Origin: Caldisericia bacterium
Lineage (GTDB): Bacteria > Caldisericota > Caldisericia > JAAYUI01
NCBI GenBank assembly: GCA_963674785.1
Contig: OY771555.1
Span: forward strand, 608,001 to 672,000
DNA: 64,000 bases
Direction: 5' to 3'
Shown: in pieces, positions 38,342 to 48,016 of the stretch
How positions within the stretch are numbered: position 1 is the first letter of the stretch
Layout: every line of letters begins with the position of its first letter
The notes under the pieces: generated by a model
What the model was told of the DNA's origin: nothing
Seen by the model: only the letters and a program-made list of their open reading frames with translations
Database searches by the model: none
Program-made: the position numbers and the translations under genes

Positions 38342-38533
38342 CGTCGTGCCAGACATAATCTGGTGTCCAGGATTATTTGCTATTCAGGAATCTTCTATTC
38401 AACAATTTTTGACACGTATCAAAAATCTCTCCTGACAAAAACAAAACGCTCTTCTCTACCCTGGACCCCGTGTCAAGCACGGGATGACGAGGGAGACAAG
38501 CATCCCCTGGATTCCAGCCTTCGCTGGAATGAC
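38342..38533. repeat. three REP-like short palindromes (GTCAT...CCAG type)
   Basis: 38342-38370 cgtcgtgccagacataatctggtgtccag; 38461-38489 ctggaccccgtgtcaagcacgggatgacg; 38507-38533 ctggattccagccttcgctggaatgac. Confidence 0.75.
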
Positions 38534-38618
38534 AGAAACAAAGTCACTATTTATAAACCAATTGTTGTAGATATTATAGCAGTTGAAAATAGTTTTGTGA
38601 AGTCTTACCCTAAGCCCT

Positions 38619-39341
38619 GTGGGTTACTTCAAATCAACTGGAATTATTTTTGATACAAAACAGACCGGTGAACACGATAAATATCTGGAATTAATCCTTG
38701 AAGACGGGCGAAGGATTTCTGCAAAAATAAGGAAAGCCAGGCATACAAAATCAAAGTGGGGAGCATCGACAGAACCCGTAACTGTAGCAAAATTTGAGCT
38801 TTATGAAAAACAGCACAGATTCACAGTAACAGGAATCTCATCTCAAGAGCAGCTCCTTACAATCTCAAACAGTTTTGAGAAGGCAATTGCATCAAAATAT
38901 GTTGCAGAGATGATAACTGGCACAACCCCATACGACATTTCAGAAACTGGAACATTTGAAATCACTCTCGATGTTTTCAAAAAAATCAATGAATCAAAAA
39001 ACGTGTTGGTTACAGTTAATGAATTCCTTGCAGAGATAATAAACTCAGCAGGATACCCAATTGAAACAAGGTATTGTCTTGTTTGCGGAGAGGAAATAAA
39101 AGGTGATTGCAAGTTCTCAATTACTGAATGCTCGACAATCTGCGAGAACTGTTCAACAATCAACCAGGTGAAATTCCCAGGGTTTGCACGGGAAGGACTT
39201 TCAAAAATATGTGGTTGTGAAGGGGACAATTCCGGCATGGATAAAAAACTTCTTCTTGGTCTTCACGAGCTTCTTGAGAGAATCATCTATACACATTTCA
39301 ACTTCAAACCAAGAACTTCTTTACACCTGCGTAGTTTGTAA
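38619..39341 (+). CDS. recO: DNA repair protein RecO
   Basis: GII..GEHDK N-terminal OB fold, GY P...CLVCG..CENC zinc motif, 240 aa. Confidence 0.85.
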   Translation: MGYFKSTGIIFDTKQTGEHDKYLELILEDGRRISAKIRKARHTKSKWGASTEPVTVAKFELYEKQHRFTVTGISSQEQLLTISNSFEKAIASKYVAEMITGTTPYDISETGTFEITLDVFKKINESKNVLVTVNEFLAEIINSAGYPIETRYCLVCGEEIKGDCKFSITECSTICENCSTINQVKFPGFAREGLSKICGCEGDNSGMDKKLLLGLHELLERIIYTHFNFKPRTSLHLRSL

Positions 39342-39359
39342 ATAGAATAGTAGGTCTGT

Positions 39360-40187
39360 ATGCTAAATAAACTTATTCTCTCGGTAAATAAGCTATTCAT
39401 GAGGGGTGGATATGTTCACCCGCTCACACTAGAAAAAGAGAGTCCAGGCTCATATGCCAAATGGGAATATGATATTGCCAAAAAAACATTTGCATACTTT
39501 CCAGAAAATTTCCTAAAACCAGAAAACTTCAAAGGTAAAAAAATCCTTGATCTCTGCTGCGGTGCAGGTGGAAAATCAATTCTTCTTTCAGAGCTTGGTG
39601 CAGCTGAGGTTGTTGGTATTGATATAGACGAGCAGTTCATCGACATGGCAAACAAACATGTAAAATCAAAGGGATTTGCAAACTGCAGGTTTGAGGTGGG
39701 TGACGCAAGAAACCTCAAATACGCAGATGACACCTTTGATTATGTTTTCTCGTTTGACGCTCTTGAACATGTCAGCCCACCTGATGAGATGGTGGCAAGT
39801 GCAAAAAGGGTTTTAAAACCAAGTGGAAAGCTGATCATGTCATTCACAAATTGGGAACGTCATGATGGTCATCATATGACAGATGCTATCAGATTCCCCT
39901 GGGTACACTTGCTTGTATCTGAAAAAAGGCTTCTTTCAATATATCGAGGGCTTGTAAATGACCAGATGTATCTGCTTCGAGCAGGGTCACTTGATTCAAC
40001 AAAAATTGGTTATGTAAACAAGCTCAGATTAAAACAAGCAAGAAAGATAATTAATAGTTCGGGAATGAAAAAAATACATTACAAGGAAATCACCTATGGA
40101 GGAATGCTTGGAATAATCGCAAAAATTCCAGGTCTTTCGAAATATTTCACACGTGTAATAACAACAATTCTGGAGGATACGAAATGA
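39360..40187 (+). CDS. class I SAM-dependent methyltransferase
   Basis: ILDLCCGAG, GIDID, GDA, FDYV, LEHV, RVLKPSG. Confidence 0.88.
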   Translation: MLNKLILSVNKLFMRGGYVHPLTLEKESPGSYAKWEYDIAKKTFAYFPENFLKPENFKGKKILDLCCGAGGKSILLSELGAAEVVGIDIDEQFIDMANKHVKSKGFANCRFEVGDARNLKYADDTFDYVFSFDALEHVSPPDEMVASAKRVLKPSGKLIMSFTNWERHDGHHMTDAIRFPWVHLLVSEKRLLSIYRGLVNDQMYLLRAGSLDSTKIGYVNKLRLKQARKIINSSGMKKIHYKEITYGGMLGIIAKIPGLSKYFTRVITTILEDTK

Positions 40188-40930
40188 AGAGAAAAGATCG
40201 CGACATGATCAAGGGGATGAAATCATCAATCAGCGAAAAAGACGCTGAAAGAATCAAGGCAGCAAAACGCACAAAGGATAAGGAAAGAAAAAAAGCAGCA
40301 AGAAAAAGAAATCTGATTGTTGTTGCTGGAGTCATTGTAGTCGCAATTATAGCAATCAGTGTTGTGATTCTTGTTAACAGAGCTCCATCATCAGATACAA
40401 TCCCTGAACCAGACCAAACAGAGACTGCAGCAAATACAGCTGTCCTTGAAACCAGCAAGGGAACAATCCAGATTCAGCTCATGCCAGAGGCAGCACCAGC
40501 AACCGTTGCAAACTTCAAAGAAATAGCAGAAGCAGGACATTACATAAACTCTTTCTTCCACAGAATAATAAAAGACACAAGCATGGAATGCGCAATCAAT
40601 CCAGATTCTCAGAATAGACCAGGATTTGATGACGTTATGCCAATCGAGTTAAGTTCAGCAGGAGCAGGCACCTACACACTCTCAACAGTTCTTCAGCCCG
40701 GAGCAGATGGCATGATGAAACAGTGCTTCTTTAAAATAAATAAAGGCATGCCGGATGATAATGGAACAGTTTTTGGAAAAGTAGTTTCTGGACAGGAGAT
40801 TGTTGATGAGATGCTTGCCATCCCAACAATTAAACATGTCGAAGATAATAACTATGATGTTGATCCAGCTGAGGTCACATATCCAGAAAACCCAGATGAT
40901 GTAAGGATATTCAATATCAGCTTCCAATAA
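40184..40930 (+). CDS. membrane-anchored cyclophilin-like peptidylprolyl isomerase, divergent
   Basis: Basic N-terminus and one TM; LETSKGTI, APATVANF, FHRII, TVFGKVVSG. Confidence 0.8.
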   Translation: MKRKDRDMIKGMKSSISEKDAERIKAAKRTKDKERKKAARKRNLIVVAGVIVVAIIAISVVILVNRAPSSDTIPEPDQTETAANTAVLETSKGTIQIQLMPEAAPATVANFKEIAEAGHYINSFFHRIIKDTSMECAINPDSQNRPGFDDVMPIELSSAGAGTYTLSTVLQPGADGMMKQCFFKINKGMPDDNGTVFGKVVSGQEIVDEMLAIPTIKHVEDNNYDVDPAEVTYPENPDDVRIFNISFQ

Positions 40931-40958
40931 TCCAAATTCATAAAAAAGTGTTATTCAC

Positions 40959-40987
40959 AAAACCCCCTGAAAAAATCAGGGGGTTTT
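40959..40987. terminator. bidirectional intrinsic terminator
   Basis: AAAACCCCCTGA-AAAAA-TCAGGGGGTTTT between convergent genes. Confidence 0.88.
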
Positions 40988-41026
40988 ATATTGATAAATA
41001 TTCATTCGAAAATCAATAGGAGACTT

Positions 41027-41764
41027 TTAGATTATCCATCTCTTTTTGATATTAACCAAGCTGAGATAAAAAAGAACAAGACAAAAACCGATAAGCACTA
41101 AAAGGTCAACATAAAGAGGCATTGTATACGTTCCCTCAATCGCACCATGAAGCATATCAGAGCCATACGTGAGTGGAAAAATATATGAAAGTGGTCTTAT
41201 GAAAATCGGCAGGTTGGAGATTGGGAAAAAGAGTCCGCATAAAAAAATCATTGGGAATCGGAAAAAGTTTGAGAATGTCTGTGCTTCAAAAACTTCACTT
41301 ACACCAACAGCGATAAAAAGTCCCAGGAAAGTGGAAGCAATTGAGATCAGGACAATTGCAAAAAACAAAACTAACCAGGAAATACCGGAAAGGTCGACGA
41401 AAAATGCAGCCATAATAAGAGGCACCAAAGCGTTAAAGATTCCGAAAAGAATAGCTCCACTTGTCTTGGCAATCATTAAAACCTCAAGCGAAATCGGTGC
41501 AAGAAGAAGCCTTTCAAAAGTACGATTCTTTTTTTCAAAGGTAACCGCAACAGCAAGAAGAGATGTCGTTCCAAACATTATTGAAATCGCAATAACTCCT
41601 GGAAGAATAGATATCAGACTCTCAAATCCGCTTCCAGATTTGATAAAAAACATTCCAGACCACGCAAAAGGAAAGATTATCCCCCAGCTGATGTTTGGTG
41701 GTTTAAGATAATAGGTTTTTACATCCTTTGAAAGGATGCCCAAGAAAGCGATAAAAGTGTTCAT
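41027..41764 (-). CDS. ABC-2 type exporter permease
   Basis: Six hydrophobic segments, TFERLLLAP, FLCGLFFP, PLTY. Confidence 0.88.
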   Translation of the reverse strand: MNTFIAFLGILSKDVKTYYLKPPNISWGIIFPFAWSGMFFIKSGSGFESLISILPGVIAISIMFGTTSLLAVAVTFEKKNRTFERLLLAPISLEVLMIAKTSGAILFGIFNALVPLIMAAFFVDLSGISWLVLFFAIVLISIASTFLGLFIAVGVSEVFEAQTFSNFFRFPMIFLCGLFFPISNLPIFIRPLSYIFPLTYGSDMLHGAIEGTYTMPLYVDLLVLIGFCLVLFYLSLVNIKKRWII

Positions 41765-42729
41765 ACCTTTCCTCCTTTCTTTCTGTCCTTTTTCATTTCA
41801 GAAATTGTAACCCCAGTTATCTCACAAAAAACATCTTCAAGGCTTGGAATAATTCTTCTGGCTTCAAAAACATCAACCCCTCGACTTTCAAGAAGACTTG
41901 TGACCGGTGATATGTTGATAACTTCTTTGTCTTCAATAACCAACATGTTCTCTTCAAGAAATAGAACCTTTTGAGTTGGAAACATGGAATCAAGCTCTCT
42001 TTTTATTGCCGACAAAGCATTCGAACAATGAAATTGAACTATATGTCTGTCTTTGACTGGATTTAAAAGATTTGAAACACTATCTGATTTTACGATATTG
42101 CCTGATACGATAAAAGCAATCCTATCGCAGAGTCTTTCCGCTTCCTCAATGTAGTGTGTTGTCAAAAAGATTGTTGTGCCTTTTTTGTGTAGATTATTTA
42201 CGATCTGTCGAAGTTTTCTTGCACTTGCCACATCTATTCCAGTTGTGGGTTCATCGAGAAAAAGAATCTTTGGTCGATGAATCATTCCAGCAGCAATAGT
42301 CAATTTTCGCTTCATTCCCTTGGAGTAGAAAGAAAACTTTCTGCCAGAGGCCTCAGATAATTCAAACTCCTCAAGAAGTTCACTTGCCCGAGACTCCCTC
42401 TCTTTTCTTCCAATCCCAAAAAGAGACGCACAAAAGCAAAGGTTTTCGAAACCTGTGAGTTCAGGGTAAAGATTGCTCTCATCAGGAACAATCCCAATCA
42501 AGTGCTGTGCTGTTCGGGGTCTTTTAACACAATCAATTCCAGAGATATTAATATCTCCAGAATCAGGCCTTGCAAGCCCTGTCAACATGTTAATTGTTGT
42601 TGTTTTCCCAGCACCATTTGGGCCAAGAAATCCGAAAAGCTCACCTTGCATAACATCGAAGCAAACATCATCAACAGCAACAACATCATCAAATGCTTTT
42701 CTTAAATTCTGGACACTAATTGCAGTCAT
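41761..42729 (-). CDS. ABC exporter ATP-binding protein (DrrA/NodI-like)
   Basis: GPNGAGKTT, YSKGM, LDEPT, TTH. Confidence 0.92.
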   Translation of the reverse strand: MTAISVQNLRKAFDDVVAVDDVCFDVMQGELFGFLGPNGAGKTTTINMLTGLARPDSGDINISGIDCVKRPRTAQHLIGIVPDESNLYPELTGFENLCFCASLFGIGRKERESRASELLEEFELSEASGRKFSFYSKGMKRKLTIAAGMIHRPKILFLDEPTTGIDVASARKLRQIVNNLHKKGTTIFLTTHYIEEAERLCDRIAFIVSGNIVKSDSVSNLLNPVKDRHIVQFHCSNALSAIKRELDSMFPTQKVLFLEENMLVIEDKEVINISPVTSLLESRGVDVFEARRIIPSLEDVFCEITGVTISEMKKDRKKGGKV

Positions 42730-42745
42730 GTATCCTCCAATTGAT

Positions 42746-42767
42746 AAAGTTTATACGCATATACTTA
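42746..42767. promoter_or_regulatory. candidate ArsR operator, copy upstream of the ABC genes
   Basis: aaagtttat-acgc-atatactta imperfect palindrome, repeated at 43075. Confidence 0.6.
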
Positions 42768-42785
42768 AATAAAAATGCAAAAAAA

Positions 42786-43058
42786 TTACTTGAAAAATTC
42801 TTTTACAACCGAACACCACTCTTCATAAACGGATTCATTCAAGCTGTAGTGAACAAAATATCCTTTCTTAAGAGCGGTCACGATACCAACATCACGAAGA
42901 ATTCGAAGGTGTTGAGATGCTGCTGCAGGTGTTATCTCAAGTTCTCTAGAAATAGCGTTTACGCAGCGTGGTCTTTCCTTTAACATCTCAATTATTTCGA
43001 CTCTAGATTTTATTGAAAGAGCCTTAAAAATCTTCGCCTTCTCTTCCGAATTGGACAT
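42786..43058 (-). CDS. ArsR/SmtB family regulator
   Basis: FKALS..SRVEII, CVNAIS, SQHLRILR..GIV, G.FVHYSL. Confidence 0.92.
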   Translation of the reverse strand: MSNSEEKAKIFKALSIKSRVEIIEMLKERPRCVNAISRELEITPAAASQHLRILRDVGIVTALKKGYFVHYSLNESVYEEWCSVVKEFFK

Positions 43059-43074
43059 TATTACTCCATTTATT

Positions 43075-43096
43075 TAAGTATCTACGCATATACTTA
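43075..43096. promoter_or_regulatory. candidate ArsR operator, copy upstream of the regulator
   Basis: taagtatct-acgc-atatactta imperfect palindrome. Confidence 0.65.
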
Positions 43097-43144
43097 TACG
43101 AAAAGAAAGTTCAGTTACAATTAAATGGTCGGACACGAAGCAAA

Positions 43145-44308
43145 CTACTTCAAACAGATGATTGACTCTCGAGTTTGTACGATAAGTTCATCGGCCAAAG
43201 AAATAGATGTCACCTCTCTCATCATCCCGTTTACAACAGCAACAAGCTCATAATCTGATTTTCGGTATTGGTAAAGAAACGGTGACCCGTCGGAAAGCAC
43301 AAAAAGAAACTTGTCGGATTGAACGATAAATTTCGGAATAAGATCGGCTGATATAAAAATCTGTTTTTCAATGTGACCATGTCGAAGATTAACAATTCTT
43401 ATCTCATCTCCAACAATGTATATAACCTCAGAGCTTGAAATAGACACTGGAACATCAGTAGTTACAGGGTGGTCGGTCTCATCATCCTTGAGGCGATTTG
43501 TCCAAAGGTAACTACCATCCTCAATATCAAGACATGTAAACTTGCCAGTTTCAGTTATAAACACATTGTGTTTTGCAATCTGTGGAGGTTTTGAGGCAAC
43601 TCCGTCAGATATATAACTCCACTTTGTTTCGCCAGAATCGACGTCAATGCAAACTGTCAATGAGTTTCCTTCACCAAGACCAAACCCTGTAAAAATTGCG
43701 AGAGAGTCTTTTACAGACACAAACTCATAATCAAACCCCTCAGGGAGTTTGACCTCCCAGTGGGGCATCCCGGTTGATAAAATCAAAGAGAAGGCGTATC
43801 CATCGGTACTTGCTGCGAGGATATTATCATCTGAAACAGCCATGCTTTGGATATTTGAAATCCTTGTTTTTTGTGACCAGATGGGATTCATAGAGCAGGT
43901 ATCAAGAACGATCATTTCAGAATCACAAAGGACGACAAGCCTGTTTGAAACAAGTTCGAGCTGATATTCAATGCTTCTTGGAAGATTTCTAAAAACATTA
44001 TTTGCAAGCACAGAACCGATTGATTTCCTGATCTTTACAATCTCATGACCACGACCACTATCAATTACAGCATACAAAAACTCTGAATCACAAACGATAT
44101 TTGACCAAGCCATTGTGTTACCAAGTTTAATATCCCAAACCACTTCTAGCTGTGGTGGAAGCTCAGTTTTTGTGCAAAACAATCTACCTTTTCCACCAAA
44201 CTTTGTCCAAGATAGAGAAACATCATTCGTAGGAATCAGTCCATTACAACCTAATATTGTGATAATTGCAACCGCACAAACGATGGTTTTAAGCACGTTT
44301 CTTCTCAT
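43145..44308 (-). CDS. PQQ-like beta-propeller repeat protein, probable lipoprotein
   Basis: ILG-C lipobox; repeats STGMPHW, DSGETKW, EDGSYLW; start 44308 preferred over 44326. Confidence 0.75.
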   Translation of the reverse strand: MRRNVLKTIVCAVAIITILGCNGLIPTNDVSLSWTKFGGKGRLFCTKTELPPQLEVVWDIKLGNTMAWSNIVCDSEFLYAVIDSGRGHEIVKIRKSIGSVLANNVFRNLPRSIEYQLELVSNRLVVLCDSEMIVLDTCSMNPIWSQKTRISNIQSMAVSDDNILAASTDGYAFSLILSTGMPHWEVKLPEGFDYEFVSVKDSLAIFTGFGLGEGNSLTVCIDVDSGETKWSYISDGVASKPPQIAKHNVFITETGKFTCLDIEDGSYLWTNRLKDDETDHPVTTDVPVSISSSEVIYIVGDEIRIVNLRHGHIEKQIFISADLIPKFIVQSDKFLFVLSDGSPFLYQYRKSDYELVAVVNGMMREVTSISLADELIVQTRESIICLK

Positions 44309-44352
44309 TTGTTGCCATTTTAGCATAAAATATGAATAATTTCATCAAAGTT

Positions 44353-44525
44353 TTATTCACACTGTGGATAATGGTGTGGATAAGAGTTAATAAATCAATC
44401 CAGATATGTTGGTAAAAAAATCATACTCTCACAAATATGAAAATTATGAAAGATAACTTATGCTGCAAAAACCATGACTTCATTTTTTAGAATTGAAAGT
44501 GATTCGCACTAAAAAATGTGGATAA
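44353..44525. promoter_or_regulatory. DnaA-box cluster 2
   Basis: TTATTCACA 44353; TGTGGATAA 44363, 44375 and 44517. Confidence 0.8.
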
Positions 44526-44567
44526 CTTTGAAAATCGACCATCAAAAATGTCGATTTTTCGTGGAAG

Positions 44568-46358
44568 TTAGTTATAAAGAGCAGGTTCAAGCTGTTCGAT
44601 AGTTTGTGGAAGAGTATCAAACCAAACATTCAAAAGCTCGGTTTCGGTATCAACTGCAACAAGAACCTCAAGACCAAGAACTTTCCCAAGGATAAACACG
44701 TGGTCAACACCAATGATATTTCTTGTAAAAATACTCTCTGGGATGAAATGGATTGCCCAATTGTGATTCTCTTCTCCAAAAAGAATATTCCAATCTGTTA
44801 TCTTAAACGATTCATTTCCAATGATTGTTGGTTGAACGTTTGTATTTGAAACAATTACCCAATCTGAAATACAAACAATCTCATTAGGGTTGCTGTTCAG
44901 TTTAATCGTTTTATTCTCACCGGTTTCGATCTCGTGTCTTGTTAATTTATCATCATCTAGTACAAAAAAGAAACGATTATCGTATGAAAAAACTGCGCTG
45001 TTTCCAGGAAACTCAACTGTAGAGGCAGAAAGTGAAAAAAGTTTTACGATATCTTCAGTTATGACCGCAGCATTTTGTAAATCTGTTGAAACGATTATTT
45101 CTCCATCGCTATTTCCAATATTGAAGCTTTTCTCAGGGTTATCGCGATTGATTAGGTTTCCATCCTTTAATATAAATCTAGGGTTATTCATAATTCCGCC
45201 CATTGCCTCTGGTTCTTCAGAAAGAAGTGTAAACCAATCGATCCCGGTTAGAGGCTGCCCCAGATATTCAATCTGAGAGTGTGGTGGAAATTGAAGGTTT
45301 ATCTCTGTTTCTTCGATCTCACCAACTGAATTGACATCAACAAGCATCATTGATGCAGAAACCCCGTCACGAAGTCCGATAAAAAGAGCATTTTCTGGAG
45401 TTGTTCCGGTCATCGTCAGATATGTTGAAAGAGTATTGAGTTCAATCTGGGTTGGGGTTGTATCAGACAATATAAGAGGAATAGCATCTTCCGATATTCT
45501 GCCATCATAAACAGGAAGCACAAAAACCTTTGCACCAGGGATATGTGTTCCACCAATTGTTCCATGTATTCGCACACCCTGATTATCGAGAGGGTAAATA
45601 ATCTCGAGATCAGATTTTATTTCGATCTCTTCTTCAATAATCTCATACCCGCCATCTTTTGCAATCTTGATAGTATGTAGTCCATATCCAATCCTTGAGA
45701 CCCATGGGGTTTGTCCAAGATGCTGACCATCAATGAAAAGCTCAGCTCCTTGAGGGTCTGAGTCAATTACAACGTTATGCAGAATTTGCTCAAGTTTGAT
45801 TTTGAATTCGGTCTTACCAGAAAGGTCCTCGATTATCTCAAGTGGACTGTATCCATATTTTTCTAGTTTAAGGGTTGTCGGTTTTGATGTATCAAGTCCT
45901 CTGAAAACAAACGGGGTTTTGCCAATAAACCTTCCTTCGGCAAAAACACTTACTTCATCAGGAACAGAGGTAAAAATAATCTTTGACTCTCCGCCTTCAA
46001 ATACGATGCTGATTGATGTGTTTGCAGGAGATACCTCAATCTTTTTCTCCTCTGGTACATAACCACTAATCTCGGCTCTTATCTGATAATCTCCATCCTT
46101 CAAAGATTTTGTAAACGGAGTGGTACCGATCTCTTCACCATCAACATAGACAACAGCACCATCAGGGATAGAACTAAAATAAACATCCCTACTTGATGTT
46201 TTTGGCATACAGAAAAAGAACACAATCAAAGCTACGACAACAACGATTATTGAAATCAACATCATCCAAACTCTAAACTTTGGATTCTTTGAACTGTATC
46301 TATCGGAGCCTTTAAGTTTATCCCTGTCCATCCAGAGAGTCATTCTGGTATTTGACAT
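44568..46358 (-). CDS. membrane-anchored PEGA-repeat protein
   Basis: One TM then repeats SIPDGAVVYVDGEEIGTTP, SVPDEVSVFAEGRFIGKTP, SDPQGAELFIDGQHLGQTP. Confidence 0.85.
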   Translation of the reverse strand: MSNTRMTLWMDRDKLKGSDRYSSKNPKFRVWMMLISIIVVVVALIVFFFCMPKTSSRDVYFSSIPDGAVVYVDGEEIGTTPFTKSLKDGDYQIRAEISGYVPEEKKIEVSPANTSISIVFEGGESKIIFTSVPDEVSVFAEGRFIGKTPFVFRGLDTSKPTTLKLEKYGYSPLEIIEDLSGKTEFKIKLEQILHNVVIDSDPQGAELFIDGQHLGQTPWVSRIGYGLHTIKIAKDGGYEIIEEEIEIKSDLEIIYPLDNQGVRIHGTIGGTHIPGAKVFVLPVYDGRISEDAIPLILSDTTPTQIELNTLSTYLTMTGTTPENALFIGLRDGVSASMMLVDVNSVGEIEETEINLQFPPHSQIEYLGQPLTGIDWFTLLSEEPEAMGGIMNNPRFILKDGNLINRDNPEKSFNIGNSDGEIIVSTDLQNAAVITEDIVKLFSLSASTVEFPGNSAVFSYDNRFFFVLDDDKLTRHEIETGENKTIKLNSNPNEIVCISDWVIVSNTNVQPTIIGNESFKITDWNILFGEENHNWAIHFIPESIFTRNIIGVDHVFILGKVLGLEVLVAVDTETELLNVWFDTLPQTIEQLEPALYN

Positions 46359-47218
46359 TAGTGACTTCCGTCCCCCACGATTATATCACAGATTCTAATC
46401 AGATCTTCATCTGAAAAGTAGTTTATTGTTATAGCTTTTTCTTTGACTTTGACCTTTGTAGAAAGCACTTCCCTCAAGATTGACTCAACCTGTTTTTGTT
46501 CTGGAGATGTGGAAGTTTCAATTATCTTGGGTTTCTTTTTTGTTTCCTTTGCTGCCTCTTTGACAAACTTCTCTGTCTGACGAACTGACATCCTCTCAGC
46601 TTTTACACGCTCGAGACTATCAAGAATCAGTTCAGGTGACTTCAAAGAAAGAAGCGCACGCCCATGTCCTTCTGATATCTCACCTTTGAGAATATCTTCT
46701 TGAACCTGCTCTGGAAGATCAAGGAGCCTCAACAAGTTTGTTACGTATGGTCTTGATTTTTTTACACTCTCTGCAATTGATTCTTGAGTGTAACCGAAAT
46801 TTTTCCGAAGATTCTTCATCGCCCTTGCAATATCAATGGGGTTGAGATCTTCTCTTTGTATATTTTCAACAAGTGCAAACTCAGCAGCGTTTTCATCAGA
46901 GATCTCACGGATTACAACAGGAATTGTTTCAAATCCTGCAAGCTTTGCTGCACGTATTCGGCGTTCTCCGGCGATTAACTCATACTCTCCGTCAACCTCT
47001 CTTACAACAATAGGTTGAATGACACCAGAACGCTTTAGAGACTCAGAGAGTTCTGCAAGTTTTTCAGCTGATAACTGTGTTCTCGGCTGGTAGGGTGAAT
47101 ACTTGATCTCAGAGATTGGAAGTTCAGTTACATTCTTTTCAAATTCTTCTGGAGTATTTTCACCATCTTTGGGAAGAAGAGCTGATAATCCTTTCCCTAA
47201 ACCAAATTTCTTAGCCAT
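46358..47218 (-). CDS. parB: chromosome partitioning protein ParB/Spo0J
   Basis: GLGKGLSALL, YQPR, IAGERRIRA, ENIQREDL, HTH SRPYVTN. Confidence 0.95.
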   Translation of the reverse strand: MAKKFGLGKGLSALLPKDGENTPEEFEKNVTELPISEIKYSPYQPRTQLSAEKLAELSESLKRSGVIQPIVVREVDGEYELIAGERRIRAAKLAGFETIPVVIREISDENAAEFALVENIQREDLNPIDIARAMKNLRKNFGYTQESIAESVKKSRPYVTNLLRLLDLPEQVQEDILKGEISEGHGRALLSLKSPELILDSLERVKAERMSVRQTEKFVKEAAKETKKKPKIIETSTSPEQKQVESILREVLSTKVKVKEKAITINYFSDEDLIRICDIIVGDGSH

Positions 47219-47234
47219 TTCACCCTCCTTTTTT

Positions 47235-48005
47235 TTACTTTGCAGCCACGCGATCGATTATCTCACACGCCAAGCTCTCATAAGCATGAGACCCCTTACT
47301 TGTTGGATCGTATACAGATATTGGTTTACCAAACGATGGAGCCTCAGAAACACGAACATTTCTTGGGATGACAGAATTGAAAAGCTCGGATTCAAAGTAT
47401 TTTTTTACTTCGGCTGCAACGGATTTTGATAATGTTGTGCGTTCATCAAACATTGTAAGAAGTACTCCAAAGATACCAAGTTCTGGGTTGAGCGTTCCCT
47501 TGATGAGTTTGTATGTGTTAATGAGCTGTGAGAGTCCTTCAAGTGCATAGTACTCAGTCTGGATTGGTATGAGGATTGCGTTTGATGCAACAAGTGCGTT
47601 GACTGTTAATAAGCCAAGTGATGGTGGACAATCAATGAGTATAAAATCATATTTGTCTTTAACAGATGAGAGTGCGATCTCAAGTCTTCGCTCACGATTA
47701 TCCATCTCAACAAGCTCAATTTCTGCACCGGCAAGGTCGATATCTGATGGGATTATGTCGAGACCTTCATAATCAGTTTTGAGGATAACATCTGAGGGCT
47801 TTTTTCTCTCGATCAAAAGATCATAAACTGAACCTTTCACCTGTTCACGGTCAATGCCAATGCCAGTGGTTGCATTCCCCTGAGGGTCAATGTCACAAAT
47901 CAAACATCTCTTTTTATTTCTTGAGAGATTGTAGCTGAGATTTACGGTTGTTGTGGTTTTTCCAACACCACCCTTCTGGTTGCTAAGCGCAAGTGTCATC
48001 GCCAT
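47235..48005 (-). CDS. parA: chromosome partitioning ATPase ParA/Soj
   Basis: NQKGGVGKTT, DIDPQGNAT, IDCPPSLG, SEAPSFG. Confidence 0.95.
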   Translation of the reverse strand: MAMTLALSNQKGGVGKTTTTVNLSYNLSRNKKRCLICDIDPQGNATTGIGIDREQVKGSVYDLLIERKKPSDVILKTDYEGLDIIPSDIDLAGAEIELVEMDNRERRLEIALSSVKDKYDFILIDCPPSLGLLTVNALVASNAILIPIQTEYYALEGLSQLINTYKLIKGTLNPELGIFGVLLTMFDERTTLSKSVAAEVKKYFESELFNSVIPRNVRVSEAPSFGKPISVYDPTSKGSHAYESLACEIIDRVAAK

Positions 48006-48016
48006 GGTCGTACTCC

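Noticed and set aside
38342-38533. Mini CRISPR array
   Set aside because: Units differ in sequence and orientation, spacing is irregular, and there are no cas genes
38309-38653. 114-aa ORF on the plus strand
   Set aside because: TTG start with no SD; runs through REP palindromes and promoter DNA
40141-40160. parS-like tttcacacgtgtaat
   Set aside because: Only the CACGTG core matches; the arms do not fit the consensus
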